From positions 41,790,001-41,854,000 of the forward strand of contig CM052816.1 in assembly GCA_028534125.1 (NCBI GenBank): DNA of 64,000 nucleotides. Reading direction: 5' to 3'. Within the stretch, counting starts at the first letter, position 1. Every line of letters starts with the position of its first letter. Position numbers and translations under genes: made by a program. The DNA comes from Lama glama (Eukaryota). Below the pieces are notes generated by a model, which did no database searches, was not told where the DNA came from, and saw nothing but the letters and a program-made list of their open reading frames with translations. Below, piece by piece: positions 49,561 through 62,185 of the stretch.

Positions 49561-50446
49561 GAAGAAGCACTGAATTTCTAGATAGTAACAACCACAGAAC
49601 TCTTAAATAAATCATAATAATAGGGTGTATAGTCACAGATGATTTAACTATACTTTTAAAATTTTTTCTAAAATCTAAAAAATTTTCCAGCTTTTACTTT
49701 TTTATTCTTGAGAGCATTTTTAATATCAGTAAATCATGGAGGAAAATAATTCTCTAATTTTGTAACTAATATTCTTACAGCATTTTATTCACTTTAGGTT
49801 AAACAATGCATCTGTTAGTTTGCATAACTGGAAATGTCCCTGAGAAATGTCTTTTCTATTTTGGCCAGAGTGGGAAGAGAACTTATACATATGGTTCAGT
49901 CATTCTGAATATCCAGAACAGAAGGGCATTATGGGGGCTGGTGCTGTTTGCTTCCTGTTGTAATGGCATATATTTAATGGGCAAAGAGTAGGAGAAGCTG
50001 GCAAGCTATTCAGTCTCATTGTGTGGTACCTGGGAGAGTTAATCAAAAATCATATATTTTATTGAAGCACATATATTTACAACAGTGCAAAGTACATCTA
50101 ACAGCAAATGACTCTGGTATGCCTGATTAATAAGGTGAATAAAAATCAATATTTAAAATGAGAAAATGCAAACATTCTGTCTTCATATTAACAGTCTTGA
50201 AGAACAAACAGCTGTTACATTAATTATCACTTTCTGGATCCAACACAGTATTGTCATTTAATTTCTTGGACCCGTATTTGCTTGGCTGCAGCATCACCAC
50301 ATGATTTAAACCCTGTGAAGTTTGGCTTTACCACTAACTCCAGGTGCAAAATTTTACACTAAGCCTCTATTCCCTTCTGAATTGAGATTCTTCCCAAATA
50401 AAGGTTATTTTCAAGCAATTTAAAACTTTCAGACACAGACTTTCTT

Positions 50447-50496
50447 TTTTTTTTTAACTTTTTTTTTTTTATTGAGTTATAGTCATTTTACAGTGT
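50447..50496 (-). mobile_element. Ultra-short 5'-truncated L1 with perfect 16-bp TSD
   Basis: The insert (reverse complement) reads ACACTGTAAAATGACTATAACTCAAT + A-tail. AGACACAGACTTTCTT occurs at 50431-50446 and 50497-50512. Confidence 0.9.
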
Positions 50497-51143
50497 AGAC
50501 ACAGACTTTCTTAGTGAGTTCCACTTGTTATTTCTTGGACTGCCAAGTGTAGGGGTTGGAAATGTACTGTACCAAGATGTTACCATATGTCCAGAGTTTT
50601 CATTTACATTATTATTCTATGTTATCTTTTAATATGATTGCTTGCTTTTCCAAGTATTAACAGTCTAGTATCATGGAACCAAGATTATTTTCAGTTGCAC
50701 AGGCACCAATAAGATCTTAGGAAATATTGCAAAGTTGACAAAGTATGTGGCACACTCATGTGTGCACACACACTTGTGGACACATATGCATGGGTGCACA
50801 CACCAGTATCTGTATGCTGTTCTTTGTCAGTAAAAAGCTATCCAAAAAGCTTTCCATTTTATTAATGCCATATACCTTTATTTTAGGTCAGCTTCTTAGA
50901 TAATTAACTCCTTGTACACTAGAATCATAGAGTCTAATGAAGCACCCACCAGCACCCCTACCTTCCATGATCTCACCTCTATGAACAATATTATCAGTGG
51001 TATAATCCAAGGGTGGCCCTTCTTTCACATGTTCTATTTTTTAAAAATCAACTTACCCTCCATCCCTAACTTTTTAATTAATACCCAGGCTTTTATACAA
51101 AAAGATAGGAGTTGTTCCTTAAAACACTACACAAAAGTTAAGA

Positions 51144-51330
51144 GTTCATTCAGTCACTTGAAAATATGTATTGAATATTTTGTATTGTGGGTATAGCTGT
51201 GAAAAAGACAAATGAAGTTCCTGAATTCATGAAACTTGAGTTTTAGTGAGGAGAGGCAGAAACAAGTTGATAAATAAATACATTTTTACATAAATAAATG
51301 AAATTTCAGAGTTGTAGGTGCTATAAAAAA
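51144..51330 (-). mobile_element. L2 3' end
   Basis: TTCATTCAGTC tail, GGGTATAGCTGTGAAAAAGACA, TCATGAAACTTGAGTTTTAGTGAGGAGAGGCAGA. Confidence 0.75.
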
Positions 51331-52068
51331 ACTGATATATTTTACAACTCTGGAGAATGTTTGTATTCTAAAAGTCACTTGCTAAGTTAATTGATTCTGG
51401 AGTACGTGGTATTTATGTGGTATTTGGTGCCTAATAACCGCTTCCATCAATTCCTTTGCTTGCCATTACATTTCATTTTCAGCAGTCAGAATTTTCTTTT
51501 TAAGCTAACTTTTAAACAGAAGGGTAAGGGCTAGTCATTTGACTAAAGGGTCAGATAGAAACAGAGCCAGGGGTAAAATGGAGCCAGTAACTTGTTGGTG
51601 TCTAATCTGTTTTATAGTAACTTTTTACCTGTGTACTCCTCACATGCTGACAGTAGAAACAGAGAGAAAAGAGTAGAGGAGCAAGGAATCACCCTGAGAG
51701 GTGCTGCACTGTGCAGGCAGACATCTCATGTGGTAGTTAAAATATATCCAGCAGCTGAGGTCTCCTTTGATAGTTCGGTAACAGATTCAGACTTCGCAAA
51801 ACTTGATGTTGAAATCATTTGTGCAGAGGCCTGTCTTGGCAGCTTGTTCTAATCTTCATCTTTGAAACTAGCTCAGGCTAAGATTAAAACATATTTATTA
51901 GAAATCTGGGGTATTAGTTTCAGACTGGACAGCTGCCCTATTCTACAAGTGTTCTTTTCTATACTTGGTTCCTATATTGAAAGATGAATTGTGTTTAATG
52001 ATACACAAAGTTTTATTCTGTGTACAATGTCATTTCTTTTAACAAATGTTTTAAACCTCAAAAGGAGG

Positions 52069-52099
<31 letters not shown>

Positions 52100-52100
<1 letters not shown>

Positions 52101-53160
52101 CTAGGGAACAGTATCAAAGAAAACACTGAAGAGAGTTTCAAGAAAGAAGATGTGATCAATAGTGTTAAATGCATCTACAGGACTCAAAAAGAAAGTGTTT
52201 ATTTGGCTATGTGAGGCCATTGGTGACTTTGGCAAAAACAATCTCAGTAGATTAATGGTGACAGAAGCTATTTTGTGTGACCTCGGAGGAAGTGGAGTCA
52301 GAAAACAGAGTCTACAGAGTCTATCCCTCTGTGAAGTTTGTGTCCTTAGGAAGGAGAGTGGTCAACAGTATCAAAGGAAGCTCCTTGCAGATTGGGAGAG
52401 GAGGCTTGGACATGTTTTTAGGCTGAAGAAAAAGAGCCAATGAGGAGAAAAATTTGGATATAGGATCTTGAGGCAAAAGTTAATGAAAAAACAAGAAGTG
52501 AGCAGTTCAAGGGATAGAGGGTTGGCCTTAAACAGGCAAAGGAATATCTTTGTTTTTGAGTTTAGAGGAAAGCTAATAAGATGGCTGTACATAATAGGTA
52601 GTAGTAACATTAACTTAATGGAGATCTTACCAGATGGCCTTAATAGGATGCAAGATCATCTACTGAGAGTGTGTTGAGCAAGGATTCATTATGAGGCTTA
52701 CTGAGAATGGAAGTAGTATGGGATAATGACTGAAGACAGTAGAGGAGGCAACTGATCTTACCAAGGTGGGAGACTGCATTTGCAGGGCACACATCTGCAC
52801 TCTTGCATAATTATCTCCATTAAGTGTTCAGCCTCTTGGGTATGAGAGCAGAGAGGGCTATTTGTAGCACTGATCCAGAGTCAGAGTTTTACCAGATAGG
52901 GAAATGGAAGGGAAAGGGGGATTATGTATTTAATGAGACTAGAAACAGTGTGGTGTGGCTCAGATGATTTACTTTAGTTTCCATGCTTGATAGGAAAGGA
53001 TAGAAAAGCACATGGTCTAGGGTTTGGAGTATTTGAGAAAATGTTGAGTAGAAATGGATTATGACATAATCCTTGGTGTAGTTCTGGGAGTAAGTAGCTG
53101 AAGTGAACTTGAAGCGATCAAGACTTTGCTAGGAGGAGTGAGTATAGGAGAGAGTTTCAG
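52100..53160 (-). mobile_element. L2 internal fragment
   Basis: GATCAATAGTGTTAAATGC, GAGGCCATTGGTGACTTTGGCAA and a long purine-rich stretch typical of antisense L2. Confidence 0.65.
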
Positions 53161-54879
53161 ATAAATGTGGAAGGTAGAAAAAGCATTCAGAAGATAGGAT
53201 TATAACAATGGAAAGAAATTCCACAGATTTTTCCCCTCATTTTCTTAAGTGACTTTAATTGAAGATTCAAACCTTCTAAACCATAGTTCAAGCCTTGCTC
53301 TGTGGGACGGCATCTTGTTCACAATGGGGTTAGGGGAGAAATGCGTAACTGAGGTTGAAATAGGGAGCCCCTGTCTCCCTGGTCTTCCATTCTAGAGTTT
53401 ATGCTGAATAAGCCTTAAAATAATTATGTTAGTGACACCAAGCTATATGATCCTTTCTTCTTCTGATGCAAAATCTTCCTACTCTGAGGGGAACTCTTTC
53501 ACAAACTGTTTGGGATCAAAATCACTAAATACCCACAGGCTTCTTGATGCAATTACTGAACTGACTGCAGTGGAAAGTTAAAAGTGGGATCAGTAGTTCC
53601 AGGAGAAGCACAAGGATGTATAATACAGTGAACAGGGAAGTTGGGGTGGACTTACACTGAAGACTAGTTTAGGAGTGAGAGCTCTGCTTGTTTACTATTA
53701 ACCTTGAATATGTAATTCTAGCACAAAATAATTCTGAGACTAGAATTCTCCAAGGCCCAGGGAAATATTGGACTATTCTCCAAGAGTTAGTGAGGGCTCT
53801 GTTCTTGGTAGCAGATAATTATTTATTCCTATATTGCTTTTCTGCATTACACAGTTTGACCCTTTTTATCCAGGTCCTGGATTCTTGACACTCAGGATTT
53901 ATGAAAAACTATATTTGAGTCCTAGACTTAAAATCTTTAAAACTGATTCATTGAGTATAGTTTGGGGTGGAAGGAACCATCTATCTTCCATTTCCTGCTG
54001 TTTCTCAATTCTGTTTATCCTTAGACAGGGACTTGTTGGCTACATGAGTTAGTTTTGAAACTCTTCTTTCTATTGGTATTCATTTACATGGGAGAAGATA
54101 AGTTACAGTGGAAAAATACAACTTTTAAAAGTTTTTGACAGAGATTGCCATTTGGTATTATGTATCTTTCTTATTTAAAAAGTTGCCTGCTGCTATTCCA
54201 TTTGGAAACCATATTATGGTTAATATGGAAGTGATTTTTTGTCTCTGATTATTGACTTACACCATGGTTAATGCCTACACAGACACAATCGTGTCAGTCC
54301 CCTCAAGTTTACATGCCAATCTCGTGGTATTCTTTTCTGATCTGGAGTAAATCACTTAATTACTGTGTATTTCAATTTTGCCAGCTGTATGTGTGAGGCT
54401 GCTTTGCTTAGCAAATAGAAGGCCAAAGGATAATGAAGAGAATTGCTTGAATGTTAATCTACTATTGACATTAATAACTTTAGGCAAGGCAATTGTAGTC
54501 ACAAAGACCCAGTTTCTTCTTAAAAACAGCATCCACTCTCACTTCTATAAGAAAATGGTGAAGTTTTAGGTATGTAACAGTATTTATAAGGCATTTGAGC
54601 TGTGTCTACATGGTGGCCAATATATTTCCAAGGGATAAGTTGGTGAATAAAGTAATAAACAAGAAGTGTCAATGTGGAAACTAAATCCATCAGTCTCCCT
54701 TCTTGTAATTTTACTATCCTGTTGTAGCCTTGTTTCACATATTTGATTATGTAAGTATAACATAATTAAAATCTAGAAGCAGGGTAAATCAATTGTAAAC
54801 AAATAGTATTTGTTTCTATTTACATACCTATTTTCATAGGAATTTGCTTAAGTTAAAGAGTTTGTCTCAACTAGGATTC

Positions 54880-54998
54880 TATATTTACCTAATATCTACT
54901 GAGCATAAACCATGCACCAGGGAATGTGCTAGGCCCTGGAGAATCAAAGGTAATAGAACAGTATGGTCCCTGATCTCCGTAAGTTCATTGTCAAGTGA
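54880..54998 (-). mobile_element. L2 3' end
   Basis: TACTGAGCA..ATGCACCAGG..TGTGCTAGGCCCTGGAGA..TGGTCCCTGATCTC. Confidence 0.7.
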
Positions 54999-55104
54999 TA
55001 TCAATTAATGAGTCTGTATTTGATATTAATATTATAAAATGTTCATGAAATATTATGAAATATATTTTATGTGTTCTAACAAGATATAGACTTTTTGGAC
55101 TTTT

Positions 55105-56015
55105 TAAATAGATAGACTTTTTCTTTTAGAGCAGTTTTAGGTTCACAGCAAAATTGAGTGGAAAGTACAGAGAGTTACCCTATGCACTCTGTGTCCACAC
55201 ATACATAATAGCTTCCTCCACCATCAATATCCTGTACAAGAGTGGTACCTTTGTAACAATCCATGAACCAACAATGACACGTCATTGTCTTCCAAAGTCC
55301 ATAGTTTACATTACAATCATTCTTAGTGTTGTACATTCTATGGGTTTTCACAGATACATAATGACATATATCTGCCGTTGTTGTATCACACAGAGTAGTT
55401 TTACTGCCCTAAAAATCCCCTGTGCTCCACCTATTTATCCCTCTCTCCCTCCAAACTCCTGGCAACCATTGATCTTTGTACTCTGTCCATCGTTTTGCCT
55501 TTTCCAGAAAGTCATATAGTTGGAATTGTATGTATGTAGACTTTTCAGATTACCTTCTTTCTCTGAGTAATATATATTTAAAATCCTCTATGTCTTTTCA
55601 TAGCTTGATAGCTCATTTATTTTTATTGGGAAATAACATTTCCTTATGTGGATGTATCACAGTTTATCCTTTCACCTACTAAAGGATGTCTTGGTGGCTT
55701 CCAAGTTTTGTCAATTATGCATAAAGAAATATGCATATTTCTTGTAAATATTTATGTACAGATTTTGTGTGGCTATAAGTTTCCACCTCCCTTGGGTAAA
55801 TAGCAAGGAGCATGATTGCTCAATTGTATCGTAAAAGAATGTTTAGTTTTGTAAGAAACAGACAAACTGTCTTCCAATGACTGTGCCATTTTACATTCCT
55901 ACCAGCAATGAATGTTGCACATCCTGTTGCTCTACATCCTTGTCAGCATTTGGTGTTGTCAGTGTTTTGGATTTTAGCCATTCTAATAGGTATATAGTCA
56001 CTATTGTTTTAATCC
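55105..56015 (-). mobile_element. L1MC1-like 3' end with surviving 12-bp TSD
   Basis: TAGAGCAGTTTTAGGTTCACAGCAAAATTGAG.GGAAAGTACAGAGAGT is the L1MC1 3' terminus. TTTTGGACTTTT at 55093-55104 and 56016-56027. Confidence 0.9.
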
Positions 56016-56079
56016 TTTTGGACTTTTGATTGATATCATCTCACTAAGTATTATGGTGTGATGTGTTATAATAAAGCAT

Positions 56080-57060
56080 ACCTTGCAGGGTTAGTAGGAA
56101 TTTGCCAGATGGACAATATGCAGTAGGATAGAAAAAAAGACTAGTGGCATTCCAGGCAAAAAAAGCTCTTGTGTAAAAGCTCATGAGTGAAAGAGAACAT
56201 GGTACATTGTAAGTAGTTGGGGATGTGGTCTAGAATAAATAAAGAGGGGTAATATGCAGTCAGGACATACATTTGGATAGAGGCCAGATTTGAAGAATAT
56301 TTATGATTTATGTTGGATTTTATCTTTATAAAAGATTGGAGGACTTAAATAATTTTAAGAGTCATTAGATCATTTCAACTAGACAAACTTAGTAACGACA
56401 TGTATATACATTTTACAAAATCACAGTTAAAAATATGAAGAAATGTTCTTTTATTTGGAGTACTTGGGCATTTGTTTAAGAATATTGCAGCAATAAGAAG
56501 AAATTGCAAAAAATGAAGAAAGAATATATAAAGTAAGTGTGACAAAATGTTGATAATTGTAGTGTTGTAATGGGCACATGAAGGTTTGGCATACTAGTCT
56601 CTACTTTCGTGTGTGTTTGAGAATTTTTTAACAAGTTTTTTTAAAAACCACAAATAGTAGAGTATCTAGCATTGGCAACATTTATAAGCAATGAAGTAGC
56701 ATAATTAGATTTATATGTAAGTAAGGTCATTCCTGTGGCAGAATTGGCAGTGAGTAGGAAGGTAGCCATGACTAGTTAGGAGCATGTTGCAGTACTACAG
56801 GTAAGAAATGATGAAGACCTTAGTTGATGAATCATAAATACAAGGATAATATTTAAAACTGTGACATTTATGAAGTCTCCCAGAGTGACTGGATAGAACA
56901 AAATAAAAGGCAGTCAAGGACCAAACTCTAGAAAACAATATTTGAATGTTGAAGAGCACAGAGAAACCATTAAAGGACTTTAGGTAGGATGGCCAAAGAG
57001 GTTGGAGGTGAATCAGGAAGCAACAAGACTGTTCATGGATGAAAATACATTTTGCATTTG
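56080..57060 (-). mobile_element. Fragmented L2 (with a sense L1M 3' fragment at about 56520-56648)
   Basis: GGCATTCCAGGCA..TGTGTAAAAGC, GACTAGTTAGGAG..TGTTGCAGTA..CAGGTAAGAAATGATGA. Embedded TAGTCTCTACTTTCGTGTGTGTTTGAGAATTTT is an L1M tail. Confidence 0.6.
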
Positions 57061-57561
57061 TAAGAATGATTGAATTTCACAAATTAGGTATCGCCTGGCT
57101 CTAGGCTGTGCATGTTTGCTAAAGGTTGTTGACAAATCCTCTATTTAAATAGTTTGTTTTTCAGGGTTAATAATTCTTTGCTGTTCAGGATTATTTTCTG
57201 GCTGTCATAGCCATGTTATTATTTCAAATAAAATTTCCTGATTTATTTATTTGTAGGGTAGGAATGAGTTTTTGGAGGTCAAAACAATAAAGAAAATGAA
57301 CCTCAGATCAAAATGCAGAGCTTTAGCTTTCATGTTACACTCAGAAAGAATTCTTATTATTTAGTTATAAATACCTCATAGTTGAAATGTATTTTTGAGT
57401 CAAAGCTAATTAAATTATATCAGTTATTTATTTAGTACTTTGGTTATCAGATCAATTAAATTTGTTTTCCCACTGTTGATGACACAGTGTAATTTGGTTG
57501 AAAACTAGAAAACTAGTAATGAGTCATGCTACAGTTAATCTCAGGTTGAAGTACTCTTTAG

Positions 57562-57840
57562 TAATGATAGTAACAGATAATGTTTGTAAATGCATGCTGG
57601 GTATTTGTCCCTAAGCCAAGCACCATTCACCATTCATCTCTTCAATTCCTCCAACTTTTCTATGAGGTTTGTAGTATTTATGCAAAACTTTTTTGATAGA
57701 TGATAAGTTGATAGCTGAAGATGTTGATTGAAATTCAGTGAGATTCGATAATTTGCCCAGTTACACAAATAGAAAGCAACTAAGCAGGAATTTGGTCCCA
57801 TGAGGCATGACTATGGAGCTTGGATGTACTGCGCTAAATG
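57562..57840 (-). mobile_element. MIR
   Basis: CTATGAGGT, GATAGATGATAAG, AATTTGCCCAGTTACACAAATAG, GCAGGAATTTG motifs. Confidence 0.6.
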
Positions 57841-58939
57841 TGGCACACTTGTACTACACTATATTACTTTGTCTCCTTGGGTCAGGCATTTAAGACATCC
57901 CATTGTGAGGACCTACATCTGACCTTAAGAAAGTCAGTTATGCAGCATATAACCAGAGAGCATGAGAATAGGTAGACTTCACCAGGTGCTATAAAGATTG
58001 CGCTTCTTCTCAGAGCCTCTGGGGATTGATAGTATAGCTAGATTTTCAGCTAACATTTACTAACTTAAACTTTCCACAAATAGTTTTGTTTTAGCTCAAA
58101 TTTTATAACTTATGGGAAAACAAGGGTAATTATGGGCATATTATAAACTGAATTATTTGAAATTAAAATAATCAGTATTAGAGGTTCTACCTTTTAAATA
58201 ACAGAAAAAAATTAATGCATTGGATGTTCATAAATCTTTGTGACAGGCTGGCATTCTCCCAAGAGTTTTAAAGGAATCCGAGGATGAAACTATGGAAATA
58301 GTAGTTAAAATGTGTAACAACATTTCACTTTACCTGAATATTGGCAAGCTGTTGATGTAATTTTTTTCTATGGCAACAACTAGAGGAGTGACCCAGGAAT
58401 CCTGGACACACAGCATCAAATCTCATTTCTATGATGATAAAGATTTAGATAAGTATGTGGTGCTTCAGGCCAAGTGCTTGTCAGGTTCACTGCTCCCTTC
58501 TGGGAAGTCTCAGAATGCCTGCCAAGCTCACATCCACCTCAGAGAGGCTCCTAAGACATAGGTCATTGTACTCTGTGCCAAGTGACCCTGCTCGGTTAAT
58601 TATGGCTGACAGGTTCACGTACAGGTTCTGAGGAAGCAAGCAAGAGCCACAGGGAAGAGGAAAGGGAAGATCAGCGAGCACTAGCAGAACTACTATACAA
58701 TCCAACCCATTCCCAATTTCTCCCTACTGAGGTATCTGGACTCATACTTTTTCTACACAGGTTACACATATTCATCTATAATTCTTTCATTCAACATTAA
58801 AGAGTGGGTAAGCTTTGTCTTATGCATGGCCTTTCTGAATGTAAAGGTTGTCTTTCATTTTATTTTTTCCCAAGTTCTCCTTACTCTTTAGAGCCAGTTC
58901 AGTTCCATTTATTAGTGAAGTTTGCAACAATGATTGATT

Positions 58940-59700
58940 TTTAGATATATAAAAGTCATGTGGAACTTGAAATGTCCCATACCATCTCCTAATCTCCTCC
59001 CTGCCAATAAAGTATTCTTCCCACAGTTCATTCATCTAGATTGATGACAACTTCACTTGCGTATTTTCCCAGGTCCTAAACCTGGAGGATTAGCCTTGAT
59101 GGCTCTTTTTCACTTACGTTCCATATTCAATCAACTATCAGCTCTTCAGAATGTATCTAGGATACAGCTACTTCTCACCACCTGCACTCCTCACTCTGAT
59201 GAGAACCTCCATCATCTCTTAGTTGGATTATTTCAATAACTTCTTAACTGGTATCCCTCCCTTGTCCCTCCCCGCTTCAGCATCCAGTATGGTCCAGTTA
59301 AAATGTTAAGTCAGGACATGTCACGTTGAGATCCTCCTCTGCTTAGCACCATCTGATGGTTTCCTAATCAGAGTAAAATCCTTACAGTGGCCTATAAGGC
59401 CCTACACAATTTGTTCCTTGCCCCCATCTCTTAACCTGTATTTATACTCTATTAAACCAGTAGCACTGGTTTCTTTGCTGTTCTCTGAATATGCCCAGCA
59501 TCTTGTCTCTATCTGGAACTCTTCTTTAGGAAGAACAGGAGTTTGGGTCATTTCCCAAGCCCCTCCATAGTGAGAACTTTTCCATCTGAAAATGCAACAT
59601 ATATCCACGTCCAAACTCCTACACTCCTTCTCTCCCTTACCTGCATTATTTTTCTCCTTAGCACTTTTATCGTCTACTATGTATTGTGCTTGATGTGTCT
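58940..59700 (+). mobile_element. L2 (L2a-like) 3' region
   Basis: TAAACCTGGAGG, CTACTTCTCACCACCT, TGGATTATTTCAATAACTTCTTAACTGGT, TCCTTACAGTGGCCTATAAGGCCCTACAC. Confidence 0.85.
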
Positions 59701-61465
59701 AAGTAATGGAATCATGGGTGATTTAAATTTTTTATAACTTCTGAATTTCATAGTTTTAAACAATAAGTGTATCTAGAGGAAGGAGGGATCACTATGGGCT
59801 GAGAGAGTCAGGAAAGTCCTTGTAGAGGAGGAAAGACTGAAGCTGCATCGTGCAAGCTTGGTAGGCTGTGCTTGAAGATGGGGAGAGAGCATCCTAGGTC
59901 ATAATAAAACATGCGCAAAAGGTAGAAAGTACTTCATGCATGATATATCTTAGAGTCAGTGAGGAGATGGCCAGGCTGGTCTTGTTTATTACCAAAATGT
60001 TGAGTGTGCAATTGGGAACAGACTGTATAGAACCCAAGAATGATTTTAGTCACATGTGGAAAGAGAGAACATTAATTTAAAATATTAATCTAGAAATAAA
60101 ACTTGGCAGACTTAGAAGTAGAAAGAATATTAACATTTTTGCTTTGTTTTGTTTGGCTGAGGAAATGTCAGAGGATTTCTATCATAAATCATTATTTTAT
60201 ATTGAGTTTTCTCTCTCATTTATATCACTTGTGTAACTGTGGGTAGAAGATACCACCTTCAAAATACATTTCTCATCCTTCATAAGTGTGTTTTTCCTAT
60301 ATGTGGAGCATGGCTGTGATTTCAGTGCTTGGCTCAGTGAGTTAAGGTCAGGTCAGTTCTTCATACTGAAATGAGATAGGATGAGACAGAAATACCTCCA
60401 TGCTATTAAAATCTGCCCTGCCTGCTTTGGATTGACACCTCCCCAGGAAAGGGGCACCAGGCATGATATAAAGCTTGTTAAACACTGGTTAAATTTTTAT
60501 TAGGAGCCAAATGATAGATTTGGAGAAAAGCCCATCTCAAACACTATACATAGTAGAATGTATAAAATATTTTCAAAGTCAGATTTGAAGATTTTTTTGT
60601 GGGGGGGGAGGCAAAGAGTCAGTATTGCAGGTTTAAGGAAATAGGATACTTGCACAAATCCCAATGACACAGAATATCACTGAGTTGGGTAGAGTTTGGG
60701 GTCTTTTTTCTCTTATTAAAAGCTCATCCTATCCATAATGCTTCTAATGATTTTCTGCCAGTGCCTTCATTCAGAGAGCTCAGTAATTTCTAATGTAAGA
60801 TGTATCCTTCTGCCCTTTGGATTTATGAGATGGGATAATAACTAAATGTGAATTTAATGGATTCATTTGCATTTCTGGGAGAATTCTTCCTTTCTAACAC
60901 AACAGAGAACACACACATGGGTATAATTACAGTTGGGTGTAATAAGCCAAGCACTTTAATATGTGGTGATAGAATCTCAAATTAAAAGTAAAAACACTCA
61001 GTGGAAATGTACACTTACAGAAAAGAAAAGAAAAACAACTTATAGGAATGATTGTTCTATGACATTTATTTTTCAGTCAGTCGTACAGAACTGTGGTAGA
61101 ACTGTGTGTGAGGGGAATCAGTGATAGTGAAGAATCAGCGTGGAGCTTACCTTAGAATCAGGGTTCAATGGATCAGAGAAATAACCTGGTGCAATCAGAT
61201 ACTTAAAATTTTTCTAAATTATTCTACAATTACAGGAATTACACCCACTGAAAATGGCAAAGGCATTACTAACTCTGTTCCTCTGGATTTACAAATTTCC
61301 ACTTTGAGGTTATATATGGTAGAATTGCTGTCACCAGCACTCTGTCCCTTCTCTTTTCCCTCTCCTGCTCCTCATTCTTTACCCAACCCTGTCTCTGAAT
61401 TACATTCCCATCCTTTCAAATGTGATTTTCCATCTCCTCCTATCTACCCTATTTTGTATTTGCTC

Positions 61466-61671
61466 AAAGGAGAAATGGGGTATTATTGTTCAATGGACAC
61501 AGGGTTTCAGTTTAGAATGGTGAAAAAGTTCTAGAGATGGATGGTGGTAGTAGTTGCATAGTATGAATGTTATTATACTTAATCACTGGCTTATACACTT
61601 AAAAATGTTTAAAATGGCAGATTTTATGTTAATGTAAATTTTACCACAACAAAAAAATTTCTGAAAAAAAA
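61466..61671 (+). mobile_element. L1MB-type 3' end
   Basis: GAAAAAGTTCTAGAGATGGATGGTGGT...TACACTTAAAAATG..TAAAATGG..ATTTTATGTTA..TTTTACCACAA + A-rich tail. Confidence 0.9.
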
Positions 61672-62185
61672 GTCGTTTGTCGTGGATTGTTAGGTTGATG
61701 CGTCTGAGGAAGACACTCCCCCCCCCCGCCCCCCGTGCTACAACTCAGAGGGTAAAGAATGTTCTCACACAGGTGAGTTTTTTAGGATTTAAAGTTTCAA
61801 GTTGGAAAAATATTTATTAACTCTGTCTGTACTGCTGTTAGTGATTACATTTGTTGAACCAATACATGTGCTAATTTTAGGTAGCATTTTGCAAATAAAT
61901 CTGAATGTTCTCTTGAGCCCACATGCTAGTCTTATTTATCTGTCCTGTCATCTCTCTTTATTTTGGGATAGTAACAACTTTCTAAAAAAGTGTTGTTTTT
62001 CGTAGAGAAGGGTGTCAAATCTTCAACCCAGCTTCATTAGTCAATGAGAGAGATGTTTCATCTATAGATTTCTAATTATGTATGAATTCTGCATTTCTCT
62101 CCTCATTAATCTTCTTTTTCTGAGATAATAACACTCTGAAACCATCAGAAATATATAAGAGGTTATAGCTTAAAACAGTATGTTG

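Noticed and set aside
51592..51852. 86-aa ORF in unique sequence
   Set aside because: TTG start, no homology I can recognise and no bounding splice sites.
55154..55682. 121-aa and 68-aa ORFs
   Set aside because: They lie within antisense L1MC1 3' UTR.
61121..61534. 137-aa ORF
   Set aside because: GTG start, low-complexity Pro/Ser segment, and it runs into an L1MB 3' UTR.
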